Shown here in pieces: positions 36,201 to 46,335 of a stretch of 64,000 nt of DNA; positions within the stretch are counted from its first letter, which is position 1; each line of letters starts with the position of its first letter. The notes under the pieces are model-generated. The model worked only from the letters and a program-made list of their open reading frames with translations, had not been told where the DNA came from and did not search any database. The position numbers were made by a program, and so were the translations under genes. Source of the stretch: Balanoglossus misakiensis (taxonomy: Eukaryota; Animalia; Hemichordata); NCBI GenBank assembly GCA_040954595.2, contig CM082584.2, positions 5,274,110 to 5,338,109 of the forward strand, in the 5' to 3' direction.

Positions 36201-37337
36201 GACTGTCAAGCAAATGATTCAAATTATTCATCAATACAAAAACAACAAATTGTACCATGCTTACTTAAAGATTCCATATTTTTGACAAAACTTGGATGAT
36301 CCCACTGAGTTCTCTCTGTATAATGACTAAATAAAGAGAAAATAGGGCAAAAGTGGTCATATATTATATCAACAGTAAAAATGAGTCAACTACATGTATG
36401 AAAAAAAACAAATATCATGATGCCCATTCAGCTGCAGTGTCTAGTGTTTGCGTTTGTAAGTGAACTTTTGCTGTAAAACTAGCACAGGTACTTACCTGAC
36501 ATAATATGGAATTCCTGTATTTGTTTCTGAACGTTCCCATCCTTCAATTCCATAATCTGGAAAATGGACAATACAAGCATCAAAGTTTGTTTCGGTGACA
36601 CAGTCCTAAAGACTTCGTGGGAAGACTGGCAGTACAATTGACATGATTCGACCTCTCTACATCCATACTCCATCCACAGGGATTTATTCAGGGAAAGTAG
36701 ATAAATGCTAGAATGATAGAAACTGATTAAGTTTTGTTGTCTGCCAGCCATTTGTTTTCTTCTTCTGCCTTTCTTACTGTCCGAAACCCTAGCTGAGCCT
36801 GGGGAGGGTTAGAATCGTACAGAAGAAGAAAATAAAGCTGGTAGACAACAAAACTTACTAGTATTTAGTTTCTCTCATAATTCGATATGATCATATATCT
36901 ACTTTCTCTGAATAAAGCCTATAGTGTAGCTGCAATGATTGTAGCGGCCGGTGCTGCTTGGTTGACTGGTGTGCAGCTACCTATAGTGCTGCACCACACC
37001 CCAAAATCAACATCGCCGCCCTCTAATGCCTATAATTTTCCTGTGGTGTACTAGAGAGTTGGACATACATGTATGAAACCAACAGTTGATACCTTCATGC
37101 GTGGAGGTAGAAGACACAGGACCGCCAGAAAAAAAGAGTCTTTCACGTTTCAAGATACAGATGTTTACTACATGTACTACTGGCACTGTACATGTACGTT
37201 ACGTATTACTATTACTGTGGTAACACCAACAGGCGGTTTAGCTCAACCGATCGGCGGATCACTGGTGGATAAGGGGGTGGTACACCAAATCATGAAAAGG
37301 TGAAGTTACCTCGGTCCTCGGCTGCTTCAGTGGCCAT
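27280..37337 (-). CDS. Dystrotelin-like / short dystrophin-family protein (WW, EF-hand region, ZZ finger, coiled coils), 17 coding exons, 654 aa
   Basis: Exons: 37310-37337, 36496-36556, 36265-36326, 36071-36145, 35297-35501, 34625-34710, 33467-33546, 32471-32548, 32111-32219, 31696-31862, 31062-31195, 30766-30822, 30216-30401, 29533-29716, 27956-28313, 27434-27526, 27280-27281 (1965 nt, phases consistent). Motifs: GWERSETNTGIPYYVSHYTERTQWDHP (WW); NNIKYAAYRAAMK; DLCLNWILNLFD; EPETLVWFPTMHRLATAE; CNIC..CLKC..CQEC..H..H (ZZ); ILQEHNKQLE. The first and last exons are the least certain. Confidence 0.82.
28697..28904. mobile_element. PIF/Harbinger (Tourist-like) MITE
   Basis: TAA-GGGTCATTCTCAGATTGTCACA...TGTGACAATCTGAGATGGTCCC-TAA; 3-bp TAA duplication. 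Confidence 0.7.
28905..29028. repeat. Palindromic core of a foldback element
   Basis: CCTTGGATCAGATTTCTCAC...GTGAGAAATCTGATCCAAGG arms; related sequence continues to about 29260 and recurs near 31230-31580. Confidence 0.65.
29278..29496 (-). mobile_element. MITE family A, copy 4 (reverse orientation)
   Basis: TACTGCAAAA...TTTTACAGTA; internal ATATCAAAAGAGGCAACTGT is the reverse complement of the other copies. Confidence 0.7.
33832..34020 (+). mobile_element. MITE family A, copy 5
   Basis: CACTGTAAAACGGGTTATTT...AAATAACCATTTTACAGTA. Confidence 0.75.
35588..35745. mobile_element. Foldback MITE
   Basis: TAGCT..GTCCATAGCTGTG..TTCTACCTTTT / AAAAGGTAGAA..CACAGCTATGGAC..AGCTA inverted arms. Confidence 0.65.
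36678..36921. mobile_element. Foldback MITE in intron 1 of the dystrotelin-like gene
   Basis: TTTATTCAGGGAAAGTAGAT..AAGTTTTGTTGTCT.CCAGC..TTTTCTTCTTCTG is mirrored by CAGAAGAAGAAAA..GCTGGTAGACAACAAAACTT..ATCTACTTTCTCTGAATAAA. Confidence 0.65.
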
Positions 37338-37339
37338 TT

Positions 37340-37600
37340 TCAAAACCCCTGCACACAAGATCAACGCTGAGAAACTGCACCGATCTCTGCACAACTACCA
37401 GTGTTTACCATCATCGGCCCAAGGACGCCATGATGCCTAACGTGTAACCTCGCGCGTTTTCACTTCTAAAACGAGAGTTGGTAATGCCTCAGCTCCAGAG
37501 GGCAGGGTCGATCACTGAGACTGGCGCGCGAAATGGGCGCGCGCAGAGAGGTCAATGGCCTCAATGGTTTTCCGTTGAAGTGCGATTTTCCCCCGGAGGT
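37340..37600. promoter_or_regulatory. CpG-rich promoter of the dystrotelin-like gene, with an E2F-type site
   Basis: CpG-dense stretch just upstream of ATG 37337; GCGCGAAA (reverse complement TTTCGCGC) at 37526-37533. Confidence 0.45.
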
Positions 37601-39063
37601 GGAGGTGGGGGTGGGGTTACTTCGCTTTCTAGATTTCGATGTGTTTCTCTTTTTTATCCGTGTGCATTACAATATTAAACAGAAGACTTTACACTCGCAC
37701 GTAAGCTTACCGACGGATTCCTTCCCCACGAAAGAAAAACAATCTATTAAACACAAGCAGAAAGGGAAAGTAAGATTATGCAATCAGCTGAAGCCATAGA
37801 GATAGGCAGCGTTTAGTCTCCCTGGACCTTTGCTTTGTCTTTCCTGTTCGCGTTCTGGCCACTATTGCTTCAAATTTGCTTTTTTGGTGGACAAAAGACA
37901 GTGCATGATTGTTATTTCCTGGTCAAACTTGTATCGCAAACATGTTAGAAGATTTAGAAAATCTCGTTAGGCTATTGATGGAAGTAAACACAATAAGCTT
38001 ATGGGTACACTATCAAGAACATACCAATAATACAAATCTCTGTTCAGATTCGAAAGACTACTTTTTTGGTAAACTGTCCCGACAAAGCTAAAAACGGCCA
38101 AATTCGGAAAGGATGATTTCGCCTCGAAACTTGATGTAACTGTCCCCGGATATCTGAAATATACGGCTCTACTTGCATTTTAGTACACCAGAAACAAAAC
38201 GGAATATGAACTTACAAATGATTCAAAGTACTAGTATTTTAGCCGCGCGTGTCAAAGGAGTTTGAGTTTTCATTAGGGGTGGATCTATTATGAATGCTTG
38301 CAATATCGATATTCCACACACAAAACGGAATGTGAACTCAAATTCGCCAATGAAATATTTTAGCCATGTCAAAGGAATTTTCATTAATAACGTACGTGTC
38401 TGCATTTAGGATATGATAGGACAGATTTCTTTGCGGGACTTATAACCATCCGGCTAAACTCCACTGCAAAAAAAATGATTGCGAAAATTGTTAATGAACT
38501 ATGTTCATATCATTAAATTTTTCTTGACCAGGCCTACACGTAAATGATCGTGCTCATTTTCATCTCTCATTTCACAAGTTTCACATTCTGGATTCCCTGC
38601 TGTTCATTTGTCTTCCCACCTTCCAATACTAAAACTTAAAAATTACCATCTCTCGACATATTTTGGATGTTTTCCCCCCATAAGTACAATTTCAGAAACT
38701 TCCCCATTCACTTATCTTCAACAGGAAATGATTGCATTTCGACTTTCATGTAAGCCTATAGAATTAGTTGGTCTACAGGTAGGCTAACTTCCCCTCTCAC
38801 TCTCACAATAGCTTATTTACAATGTCCCCCTTTTCAGACGAATGTGTTTGAAGTGAAAATCAGAAGTCCGCAATTAAAATCAGAAGTACTAGTACATGTA
38901 TGCAGTAAAAATAAGAAGTGAGCAAATTGCCATTGTAACTTTCGTAGTCCCCTCGCAGACCCCAACAATTTTCACTTCCCCCTCCCCAATCAAGCTTCCG
39001 TGTTTTACACGTACATCCCGTGCATTCCACAATACAAACGACTATCCTGTTTAGTGCAGATGG

Positions 39064-39437
39064 ATGAGTCAGCGATTTTCACGCCTATTTTTCGTACCGG
39101 TAGTAATAATAATATGTGCGCATCAACACCAGCAACCTTGACGTTCACCCCGCCCGGAAGATCTCTTTTGAATTTCGTATTCACAATAGGCCTATGGTTA
39201 TAATCGATACGCCGGTTTAACAGCGCCGCGTTTGTTTAGACAGATCTTCGGTACGTACAAACAAGGCCGCCTGTAAAAGCCTTTGTCCTTTTTGTTGTTT
39301 TACTGCTTTAACGGCCACGGTTTTAGTATTACAACCGAGTGGTCGAGGTCGACAATATCCCGAATATTTCGCTTAGTCATGTAGCGCAGTGGGCCAGCTT
39401 TGCTTAGTCATAAGTGGCAGAGACTACTTTTTAAATA
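39064..39437. promoter_or_regulatory. Putative Keap1 promoter with three ARE (CNC-sMaf) elements and a TATA-like box
   Basis: ATGAGTCAGCG (+, 39064-39074), ATGACTAAGCG (-, 39370-39380) and ATGACTAAGCA (-, 39401-39411), then TTTAAATA at 39430-39437. The region is CpG-rich, and a strong donor ATG|GTAAGT at 39792/39793 fits a non-coding first exon. Confidence 0.6.
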
Positions 39438-42358
39438 GGGGTTGCCGTGTCATGTCTAGGGTAAAAAGTTCTCATCATCGTTCTACTAACATGTTTAAAT
39501 ACCGACATTATACTGTAGTTTAATCGAATTATTCATATGGGAATGACAGGAAATTATATTTGACCACTGGATGTAATTTAACAGTAAGAATTCCCACTTA
39601 TTCACATCATAATGTTTTATGTGTATCATGATGACCGTTGACCCCGACACACAGTGTAATGGCAGAGCGAGGCGCAGGGTCTGTGATTTGGATTGCCAGC
39701 GCGACGTACAGCTGACTACTTTGGGCTTGATGGCAGTTATTGTACCGTGGTTGGACTTAATACAACAAGTTAGGCCAACGTTGTCAGAAATGGTAAGTAA
39801 CTAGATCATAGTTTTCTAGCGATTGCCGATTTTCCGAGCGGTAACCGCACGTACACAGTAAGTACTCGACCACTGACATGCGACGTAGGCCCCGGCGTAA
39901 CGTCATCGTGTAAGGATTGGACGTGTACTCGCGATTAATAGATAAATCAGACACGAAAGTTTGTGTTATGGGGTGACTTTCACGTACTTATGTCAAAATC
40001 TTCTATAGATTGGTAATAGTAGTTTATTTTACGTTGAAATGCGTACGATTTTGAATCCCACATCACTGCCCCCATGTCAATTGTCATGTCATCAGTGATT
40101 ATGAAAATGGGTCATAGCACATATCCCGGGAAGTTCGATCCAACCCGGCCTCCACCCTCTTATGAAGCGGCATAACCTCATCAGAACGAATCTGTATATG
40201 TAGACAACTTACAAACAATTCGTTTAACATGCTACGATGAGGTGTGAACGTTAGAAGGACTGCCAGTGCATTAGAACATCCGTCGCCGGCTGATCGAGCA
40301 TGATTCAGCGGTTCGGTACAAAGTTCCAGTGCGTGTACTTGTGTAGGAGGACAGACGGCTTCGTACGATTTGATTTCCTACACAGTTTATAGCCATCATT
40401 TTAGCAGAGCAGCTGGTTTAAGGTTAATATCAACCCATACTCGACTCACAAGTCGCATTGACGAGTGGCGACCAATCTAAACCTGCGTATTGGTTGTCAA
40501 TGGAACACCTGTAATACAGGTGGACAAGAACTTTTCAGCAAGTCATCATCAGACTGTTGATGTGATGACCTAGTGCGAATCGTCCCTGCACAACTACCAA
40601 AAAATCTTCACAATTAATGTCTTGGCAGTAATATACAATCTACAGAGGATGAACAACTTACAATTGTAGTTAACGTGAATGTTTCCTTTAGTTAATTAAA
40701 GGTCACCAACCATTTTGCTGAGATCGGTGAAAAGGGGTGTGCATTAGATCTGTTGTTGGCATGAAAGGTGGTTAGCTAAGTGTAAACATTGGTTTTCATT
40801 GTCTAAATCATGCTGTATATCATATCAGATTCCAGTTTGACTAACTCTATAGTCAGACATGCCAAAGTGAATCTGTATTGTCTTGAGCATTATGAATATT
40901 AAGGGAAAATAGATTTGTGGCAGTATACTAACTTGTAATTTGGCACTTCATATGGCAAAACCAGTCACAGGAGACTTCTGATTGCATTTCTGTTGATCAT
41001 TCAATCAATCATGATTATCATGGCATGCTTAAAATAGGATCACATTCCGTGACTGATTTCAAGGAGTCAAGTTACACCATATTTGTTGGTTGAGGACATA
41101 TCTTAATCCATTTTCAAATAGCCTTGAGAGGATGGCGTGAGGATAGACTAGTGATGGCATGTTGCTGTAGTGATCTTCATTTTAACCCTAACACTGCCAA
41201 GTCGGTTGAAAGTGGTTTGATTTCCTGGGTGCCTAGAATCCTGGCTCCCAGGCCTGTTAGACTGCCAAGTGCGTGTGAATCAGTAGGGCCTATACAATAC
41301 TTCAAGCCAAACCAGTGCAAGCCAGTGTGATTTGGTACATTTTATGGGGGGTTCAAACTGCCAAGTGGGTTAAAATATGTATGAGAGCCATGCCAAGACA
41401 GTCAAAATACGTTTAAGAAGAAAAATGGCACTTGACACTCTAAACAGGTATGACACCCAGTAGCATTTAAAGGTGATCTTTTGCATCTTCTTTATCAGCT
41501 TTAATAAAACAAGCAGATTAAATTGATAAATATTTCAGTGGAAAACAAAGGCTATCCACCACATAACCATTCAATGTAAACAGGAGCTAATGCAAGAACC
41601 AGGGATTAAAAATTTCCCCTTTAACTTTCACTTTAATGTATATTCATGTTGGAGTCACTGACAGTCATTTTTACACCATTATTCTGCCAGAGGACAGAAA
41701 TTTTGGTCATGTAATACAGATTTGCTATTGTTGCTGCATTTTAAAATACTTAAGATATATTGAGAAATCTATAATTAAAAAAACAGACCCACTTTGGTGT
41801 TTATAGAAAACATTTTGTGTTTTTCCAGAAATGGGCAAAGAATATGTTACTTGCCTTCTAAAAGTCGAGAGCGAGACCTTTTTTCAAGTCCTTTTTATAG
41901 AACTCTCAATATGTACAGGTATTCGGCAATATGGCAACAGTCAGTCTAAGAAATTTCTGTTTTCTGGCAGAAACGTGTGCTAAAAATTACACCCTTTTGT
42001 CAGTGACTCTACTGCGAAAGTAGAAATGAATACGAATATTAGAGTAGGAGGATAACTTCAGCAATGTTGTGATAGGTTTTGAACACCAAAAATGCTTCAA
42101 CAGGGAAAGTGACCTTCTGCTCCTCCAAGTACTTCGTCCAGAACTGACACAGAGTTTTGAAGGTGACTAGCAACTCATTTACAATGGGAACTTAGGTCTT
42201 TATGTTGTCACGTAAGCGTGCCAAGTTTTAACACTTCTGTCATGTCACGCATCATGGATGATGCATAGTGTTGCTTTCGACATGATTTCTCTTCAAAGAA
42301 TATTGTCTACTAGTAAGTACTGTGATACTCACTGGTTTCAAAGCATTGCACAAATAAC

Positions 42359-42674
42359 TACTGTTAAACGGGTTATTTTCGCAATAGAAAATTTTCGCGA
42401 TATCAAAAGAGGCAACTGTTACGCGAGGATTAATTTTCGCGTTCTCTTATTTCATTTACTGCATCATTATCTCCGAAAAACATTTTATGTGACTTTTTTC
42501 GCGAGCAATACATTTTTCGAGAAATACGCGAGCGCCAAAAAGACGTGAAAATAAAAAGTCGCATTAAATGTGTTTTCAGAGATAAACGATGCAGTTAGTC
42601 AAATATGAGAACGCGAAAATTAATCCTCGCGTAACAGCCTCTGTTTATGTCATGAAAATACTTGTTTTATAGTA
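42359..42674. mobile_element. MITE family A, composite inverted copy 6
   Basis: A reverse-oriented half is joined to a forward-oriented half (TTACGCGAGGATTAATTTTCGCGTTCTC ... GAGAACGCGAAAATTAATCCTCGCGTAA). Confidence 0.7.
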
Positions 42675-43093
42675 TCAGTGCATCATCACACAAAATATAC
42701 ATGTACAATGTTAAATACTATAATGGAAATAGTATGACTTGTACTGTACATTGAGAACATGTCAGAGCAAAGTGTTCATAAATCATACACATAACTTTTG
42801 ACTGCCTCAGGTTTTTGTCCAGGCTTGAATCCCAACTAGCTTTGGGGCAAATGCTATGTTATATTTTTCCACTATACATGCTCACATGACAGACACACAA
42901 ATGACAGAGCCCAATCGAATCCCTAGAATTATCCAACAGGACTACAACCCTCCAAAAGTAAAACTTAGGTCAGTTTGACTGTGGTACCATGACTCATCAG
43001 TTTTTGTTTGTTATCAATACAGAGGTCATGTGGTCCATTTTATGGATGTCAAACAAGATATAATCTTGTGTCTACCTTTGTATCAGTGTAGTG

Positions 43094-43106
43094 AGGTCAT
43101 AGGTCA
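43094..43106 (+). promoter_or_regulatory. Perfect nuclear-receptor DR1 element in the presumed Keap1 intron 1
   Basis: AGGTCA-T-AGGTCA. Confidence 0.4.
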
Positions 43107-46100
43107 AAAAGTCTACCTGGATTGTAAATCACCAGATATCTAGAGTATGCTTATAAAGTGACATTGGTTGATATGACATGATTTTATGCCCTTGTATGAC
43201 ATGGAGTGATATATTAAGACATGTAAATAACCAAATACATACATTGTGCCACATGTATGATATATTGTCAAAAATCACTCCCCCCACCAGAGTCCCTGGG
43301 GGAGGGTGATTTACTTCAGTACATTTGTGTACTAGGTGAGTGCATTGTAGCCCCTTTGTCTGAAACTCGACTTGCTTATAAGGATTTTATGAATTTTAAA
43401 ATACATTTGACAAAATTCTGAATAATAATGCTATACTTGTTCAATTATAATATCTGATCCCTCTTAAACAAGAAAAGATTGGTAAAAACTTGAGTTGGCT
43501 CTACTCTTATAAATGGATGTTTCATTGGCCTAATTATGTATGGTACCTTTACAACAAGGTGCATACATGTATAACATTAAAGTCAACAAACTTTTCTGGT
43601 CGATTGCATAATCTCAATTGCAGTGGAATATGGTAATATGAACAGTAAGTGTGAAGGTATGCCGGACAATTTGGAGTTTGTTACATCATCCATTATTAAT
43701 GGGGGTGGGGTGGGGGGGGGGGGTGTTTGCGGGAGACAGTTTTAACAACTGTGACTGGGTCCAATGTTCAATGAAGCCAAGTGACAGATTGCATTAATCC
43801 AAATGCCAACATTTTCAACAAGTCAAATAGCATTGACATCATCTTGTATCAAACACTATTGACCAAAAAAGTCGAGAGAGAGCAACTTTGTCCCTAGGCT
43901 GTATACGTTATACCCAGAATACAGACGGATATAAAAGACCAAATGCCAACTAAAGTTCTCCCTATATCTGTTGCTTTACAGCTGAATTTACAGCAATCCA
44001 CAGTTGTAAATCTTCCCAAATATATTGATCAGTTCTATTTAGCAGATATGTGGAAGTGAAAGTGAAACTCTAGTTTCTACCGGTATTATGAAATCACAGC
44101 TGTTAAATTTCAGAATTGTTTTTTGTTTATAATCATGGTTGTCAGACACTTTGAGGAAAACTTTGCATGATCAAATTCTGTTTCCTTTCTTCTTGTTCCA
44201 ACATTTCAGAAATTTTCCCTTTTTGAAATGTTGTATGTTCCATGGTCAGTTTGCTTTTTCTAACCTTCCTTGTCACTCAACAAGACAGCATCACACCTAT
44301 CTATAGAAATAAGTCCACAATGTACACATACAGGTACTTCCCTGTTGCTAAGCGCAGAATTAATATGTTATCAAGGAGACATGAGAAACTCAATTGTAAA
44401 GGTAAATCCAGACGATGTTTATTTTGCTATTTAAAGACATGTTTGCCTGGTAGACAACTTTTTCCTGCCTGCTGGTTGATGACCTTCTATTTTGAGGATA
44501 TGTGGTACTCTTTTGAGGTCACACTGTATCAGTCACTATGAGTCATCAAATTATGTACAGTACACTGTACTGTATTGCACTAACAGTTTATATTAATGTA
44601 TGAAAAGGCCTTAAAATCGTTTAAACCTAGTAGAATTTGATTGCTGATGAATAAATTATTTTCAAATTGGGTAACTTTTCTATATGTGTAGTGCACACCT
44701 TGAAAATCCATCTTAAAACTTTTCTGATATTTTGCTCAAGGTAGTTGTACATAATTCCCTCTGAAAATTGCAAATTGAAATTGGGGGTCACTGTGTAACA
44801 TTTTAAATGTGAGTCAAAGAGTTTAATGTTTTTTACTGTTAAAAAACTGCTAAAGTAAAATTGGCAGCTCTTGGGGCTTTAATTGTTCTGTTTCTGTTCT
44901 GCCAATTATTAATGAAACTTCAAGAAGTACGGGTACTGATATTGTAACAAAGGACTTTCGTAGATTCAGTGTGTCAGCACATATGGCTGGATAACGTACA
45001 GACTTGGCACAGACATTGGTTTCTGCTGGTTAAGTTCACTGCTCTCTTTTGATTATATCTGTAACACCCAGTTTGATAATACAGGCATTGCAAAAATACA
45101 CTAATCGAACTCTTTGAGTGCGCAACAGGCAAAGTGCCTACATATTCAGTAACAGGAGTTACCTGATTGGCTATTTGCAGGTCGTTTACAGGTGCATGAA
45201 TGATGCCACTAGCCAATCACAAGATATGTAATTTTTTATATGTATCCAGGTTCTGCCAAGGGATGTTGTGAAGAAGTGGGTCCAGTCCAAATAATAATAG
45301 CTTGCAAAGATATGTGGCGTGTACTATTGTAGTGTATTGGGTCTCTAAAACAAATGCAAATCAACTGACATCGCAGGATAATGACCTTCCAATCAGATGT
45401 TCTGGCTACCAAACAATGGATTGTCTTTTGTGTCTCCAGGAGGAAGGGGTTAATTGTTGAATCTTATGAATTACGGCTATTGTCTCTCTTGTCAATTTGT
45501 TACTAAAGCACACAACTTACACTTAGACAGTGCTGTGTACATTTGTGTTTAACAGATCTGTTGCGCGCACACTGGTAAATTTCTATTTCCTGTGTCTAGA
45601 CTAAAGAAAGTTCCATGGATTTCTCCCTGGGTGTACAGTTTGCATTGCTCTTGACCTTGTGCATGAATAAATTATGAATCAACAAAATCAGTTCATGCAG
45701 AAAGTCTGAACAATACATGTACTTCTAAACATGAAAAAAGATAATAAAATGTGCATTGTCATGCTACCATCCACCATTCTGATGCGTGAGAGCTCAATCC
45801 AGCGATGGTAAAATGCTCAATATAGCACTGCTGGAACTGGGTCCTGAACAAGTGTGCAACAGGGAATATGTGGGGTTAACCTATATTAATAAAATAGAAA
45901 AAAAAACTGTTGAATTTATGGGCGTTTTTTATAGAACTGCTCTATGGGAATATTTGGCACATTGCCATGCGCGATGCTTGTCTTTTCACTTTTTGTTGCC
46001 TGCCTCATGTTTAGTACTTCTTTCCCTGCACTTGTAATTACATTAATCGAAATGACTTCGTTCAATTCATAACTTCTTTTTCTGCTGCTATCAAGGTATT

Positions 46101-46335
46101 AGTCAACTATCTTTTGAACTGATGGTGACTGTGATTATATCTTACTCCATCTTTTTTTTTTTTTCAGATTCTATAAACCGGATTTCAATGGATCTGTTTG
46201 AAGCGTCAGAGAATGGTTGCCATATACTGATGTGTTACTTAGGTCGAGTGCATCAAAATTCGTGATCAGGAAGAAAAAAAACAATGTATCAGCTATAGTT
46301 CAGTTATCGTTTGCAAGAAAGTGGACAAAGAGAAA

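Noticed and set aside
43700-43724. G-rich run as a functional G-quadruplex
   Set aside because: Simple poly-G tracts also occur at about 19835 and 27000 inside repeats; there is no evidence of function.
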